Below, piece after piece: positions 59,630 through 64,000 of a stretch of DNA of 64,000 nt. The position numbers were made by a program, and so were the translations under genes. Source of the DNA: Mobula hypostoma (taxonomy: Eukaryota). Where the stretch lies: NCBI RefSeq assembly GCF_963921235.1, contig NC_086097.1:62498001-62562000 (forward strand), in the 5' to 3' direction. The notes under the pieces are model-generated. The model made no database searches. It was not told the DNA's origin and saw only the letters and a program-made list of their open reading frames with translations. The first letter of the stretch is position 1. Every line of letters starts with the position of its first letter.

Positions 59630-61640
59630 ATTTAGCCTGCTCACGAGTCTGATGATTGTAGGCTAATAACTGATCCTGATCCTGGTGATGTGGAAGCAAA
59701 GTCTGTGTACCTCTGCCCAATGGCAGTAGTGAGAGGAAAGCGTGGCCTGGATGGTGGGGGTCTTTACTGATGAATGTCGCTTTCTTGTGGCAGCACCCCA
59801 TGTAAATCTACACAATGATGGGGAGAGTTTTGTTTGTGAAGGAGTGGGCTGTATGCACCACTTTTGGTAGTCTTTTCCATTCCTGGGCATTGATGTTTCT
59901 GTACTAGGCCACAATGCAACCAGTTAGGATGTGCATCTAGAGAAGTTTGTCAATGTTTTTGGTGACATGTTGAATCTATCTGAAATTCCACGACAGTGGA
60001 GATCTTGTCATGCCTTCTTTGTGATGACATACTAGTCCCAGAACAGATCATCTGATATGTCAAAGCCAAGGAATTTAGAGCTACTGACCCTCTCCACCTC
60101 CAATCCCCTAATGAAGACTAACTCATGGACCCTGGCTTCTTCTTCCTGTAATTAATAATCAGCTCTTTGGTTTTGTTGACATTGAGTGAACGATTGTTGT
60201 CGTGGTACCATGCAACCAGAGTTCCAGTCTTCCTCCTATATACTGATCCATCATTACCTCTGTTTTGGCCTGCTACAGTGGTGTCATCAGCAAACTTAAA
60301 TACAGCATTGGAGCTGTACTTAGGCACATAATCATTGGCGTAAAGTGAGTGAAGCAGGTTGCTAAATACACGGTCCTGTGGTGCACCTGTGCTGTTAGTG
60401 AGTGTGAAGGAGATGTCATGGCCAATCTGTAATAACTGCAGTCTGCCAGTGAGAAAATTGAGGATCCAGTTGCACAGGGAGGTAGCAAGGCCCAAGTCTT
60501 TCTTGAAGCTCAGTGAATATTTTCGAAGGGATGATAATATTGAATGCTGAGCTGTAGTCAATGAAGGGCGTCCTGATGTATGCATCTTCACTGTCCTGAT
60601 GTTCCAGAGTTGAATGAAGGGCCAATGAACTGGCATCTGCTGTTGATCTGTTATGATAGTGGGCAAATTGGAGCGGATCCAGGGCACTTCTCAGGGAGGA
60701 GTTTATATGCATCATGACTAATCTCTTGAAGAACTTCATCACAGTGGATGTGAGTGCTACTGGACAACAACCATTGAGGTATGTTAACACATTCTTCTTG
60801 GACACCAGTATAATTGATGCCTGCTTGAAGCAGATGGGTACTTCAGACTACCAAAGTGAGAGGTTGAAGATGTTGGTAAAAGTTCCTGCAAGTTGATTAG
60901 CACAGATCATCAGTACTCAGCAAGGTATGCTATTTTGGCCGGTTGCCATCCGTGAATTCATCCTCTGAAGGATACCCTCATGACAGCCTCAGAGACTGAG
61001 ATCACAGGGTCATCAGGGGCCTCCGTGTTCTTTCAGTCAAAGTGAGCATAAATGGGAGTGAAACCTTCTTGCAATTTATATTGCTTAGTTTTGCTTTGTA
61101 GGGGGTGACAGCATTTAAGCCCTGCCACAGCTGTCGGGCATTCCTCTGTGATTCACATTTAATCCAGAATTGTCACTTTGTATGTGAGATAGTCTCTGAT
61201 GTGTCTTCTTCTGGTTCCTTGTTCCTTAGACTCTCTTATACGCAGGTAGGAGAAGGACAGGCAGATGATCAGAGTTCCCAAAAGTGTACCAGTGGTCGAG
61301 TGTGTTGGGTCCTCTGGTACTGTGGGTGAGCTGTTGATGGTAATTGGGCAAAGATTTCATCAAACATTGAGTGCCAAAAAAGGCTTAATATCTGCCTTTG
61401 GTGGTATGTAAATTGTGGTCAGGATCATGGCGGAGAACTCTCTCGGTAAGGAAAATGGTCAGCACTTAATTATTAGATATTTTAGGTTGGTTGAACAAGA
61501 GTGAGTCAAGACTGCTACATCGAAGCATCATGATGAGTCTATAATGAAACAGATGCCATCATCTCTGCCCTCTCCTGATGCTGGCATCTGGTCCATCCAG
61601 TGGACTGAGAATCCCTTAGGCAGGAACACAATGTCTGGAG
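59630..61640 (-). mobile_element. Longer decayed Rex1/Babar-type LINE (endonuclease remnants, RT, 3' end)
   Basis: ORFs 60118-60687 ([22 protein letters not shown]) and 60416-60805 ([26 protein letters not shown]). Confidence 0.9.
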
Positions 61641-63685
61641 TGTGTGGGGGTGGGGAAAGGGGTGGTGTGTGTGAACCATGTCTCAATGACACAGAGAACA
61701 CTGTTATCCCTCATTTCCCTCCAATATAAGCAACCACAATGGGAATGCTATATTCAGACTTAAAAAGAATACTAACGAGGATCCTGAAAGTTTGAATAGT
61801 GAAGAAGCAGCAGGAAATTAGAAAAAAAAAGTCAAAATGATCACTTATGAACTAAATTGTGCTTAAAACTCTAACGTCAAATTAAATGCAAATCAAGTTT
61901 ATTTAAAAAGTGCAATCAAAAGATTAAAGAAAAAGAAATAAGACATGGAAGGGAATTATGGTCCTTGGGAGAGCACTGCAGGACATGACAGGTGCCTGGT
62001 CTATGAAATGCACACATGGGAAGCACACTTTTAATATCCCACAACAGGATCCCTACAAGACAACTGTTATAAAATTGACTAGATAATTATCTTGAACATT
62101 ACCTAAGAACCCATAGGAAGCATTTTTATAATCTGGAAAAGGAGAGAACAAGGGGAAAATTCTTAAAGTAGGCCACCTACTGATTTTATTAAAAGATGCA
62201 TAGATGGTTGTTAAGGGAATAGAGTAATATTGAAAAAACTGCCAAGAGTATCACAGGGATATTTCCATCTATAGAAACTCAAGAGATGAGTCTGAAGCCT
62301 ACTGCTACCATTAGTTGAACCACTATTTGTTTTAAAGAAAAGGAGAAATAACACTGAAATAGAAGTTTTACTGACTACAAGTGCTGATCATGATTCTTTT
62401 ACAATATTTTTCATTCTGTAATATTAACTACATAGCGTGTATGGACTTGTTCAAGCCAAGGCAATGATCATATTGAGGGTGTAAGTAATATCAGAATGAA
62501 GAATTTCTCCGAGGTTTACAATTAAATGTTTCATTTTATCCACTGAAAACATATAGGATTTCTAGATAATACCTAAATAGTACCTAAATATTTTACTGAC
62601 CTCTCATCTTAAACTCAAGTCCTACTGTTGTACCTCTGATATGGAAAGAAGTTACCTACATTCTACTAGATCTGTACCCCTCATAAGATTTTAATATATC
62701 TACGCTCCTCAAAAACTATATGTTCCTCTTGACTTTCTCTGCTCCAGTGAAAGGAAATCTAGCCTCTCCAGACTCTACTCACACTTGAAATGCACAATCC
62801 CAAGCAATATTTCCGAACTACTTATTTCAACTTAAATATTTAATAAACATATATATATACTTATTGTAATTCAGGTTTTTTTCTATATATTTATTTATCA
62901 TGTATTTCATCGTACTGCCGACACAAAAACAACATATTTCATGGCATATGCCGGTGATATTACACCTAATTCTGATATCCTGGTCCATCTGTGACCTCTC
63001 CAGCAGTATCACATCCATCCAATAATGTAGTGATCAGAACCACGTGCACTACTTCAGCTGAGATCAGACCAATAGGTTATGAAGTGGGGGCACAATGACC
63101 CTGCTTTTGTTTTCAATGTTCTTTTTCAGAATGGTTGCATGTGACAAATGGCAACAAACAAGGCCGTTCCCCAATCTTATTCTGTACAGATGTGTGGAAT
63201 AGGTATTGTTATAGAAACTGCATTTGTCTGGTTCTAAACTAGTTTTAGAAACTCCAGTTGCACACCATTTTGATATGTCAAAGAAAAATAATAAGCAATA
63301 TCATATTATCACAGTATATGTGATGTTAGTAGAAACTTCCTCCAACTAAAGAAAAATGGATAAAGGCTTTTGTCAATAGATTCTTCTCAGAGCCACAGCT
63401 ATGCACTACATTTTAATCAACTAATTCATCAAAACTCAACTTTCTGGCATTATTTATACCACTTCTGATACACTTTGTATAAGATGAACCAAGCATTGGG
63501 ACAAATTTTTGCAGATAATTTAAAAGTGTAATTATATTTTCCATTTTTTTTGAAGGAAGTGATTTTAAAATGACAATATAAAAGAGTACAGAATATTTTG
63601 CATTAGAGTTGAACTCTTGACTGGAAATAAATATGGACCATAAATGGGACACCATAGCTTAGAAACTGGATAAATTTGCTTTAGT

Positions 63686-63752
63686 ATCTATCTATCTATT
63701 CATTTGTTTGTATATTTGTTTGTTTATTTATTCATTCATTCATTCAATTATT
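63686..63752. repeat. Mixed tetranucleotide microsatellite (TATC/TTTG/TTTA/TTCA), likely the tail of the adjacent SINE
   Basis: tatctatctatctattcatttgtttg...tttatttattcattcattcattcaattattt. Confidence 0.7.
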
Positions 63753-64000
63753 TAGAGAGACAGTGCAGAACAAGTTCTTCAGGCTCAATGAGCTGCACTA
63801 CTCAGCAACCCACCCATTTAACCCTTGATTAATCACAGGACAGTTTACAATGAACAACTAACCTACCAACTGGTATGTCTTTGGAATGTAAAAGGAAACC
63901 AGATCACCCTGAGGAAACCCATCTGTTCATGGGGAGGACGTACAAACTCGTTACAGATGGCGTCAGAATTGAAGTCTGAACTCTGACACCCTGAACTTTT
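63750..64000 (-). mobile_element. tRNA-derived SINE (V-SINE/HE1-like), running off the window end
   Basis: ggaaaccagatcaccctgaggaaaccc...ggggaggacgtacaaactc...agaattgaa; same family as 7975-8245. Confidence 0.75.

Overview
Eukaryotic, CpG-depleted vertebrate DNA. The repeat repertoire (CR1 with 8-bp tails, abundant Rex1/Babar-type LINE 3' ends, V-SINE-like SINEs, Penelope-derived inverted repeats) points to a cartilaginous fish, probably a ray or shark; this is inference. I found no host protein-coding exon, rRNA, tRNA or CRISPR, so the window looks intronic or intergenic. It is dominated by nested transposable elements: three decayed Gypsy/Ty3 LTR elements (two Mag/K02A2.6-like, one with a PNMA-like Gag), a solo LTR with a 35-bp minisatellite, a Buster/Charlie hAT, a mariner remnant, an RTE-derived short element, a HERO (RLE) fragment, many Rex1/Babar and CR1 fragments, and one young, nearly intact CR1 (47781-51670). 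The most interesting signals are RNA-level. (1) A non-circularly permuted (pseudoknotted) hammerhead-ribozyme-like fold lies in the HERO 3' UTR (57257-57325). (2) A U_UUA_AAC -1 slippery heptamer sits directly before the ORF1 stop in two different CR1 copies; in the intact copy ORF2 lacks an upstream AUG. (3) Two families of short Penelope-derived palindromes carry minimal hammerhead cores. Boundaries of decayed fragments are approximate, and family names come from motif recognition, not database searches.
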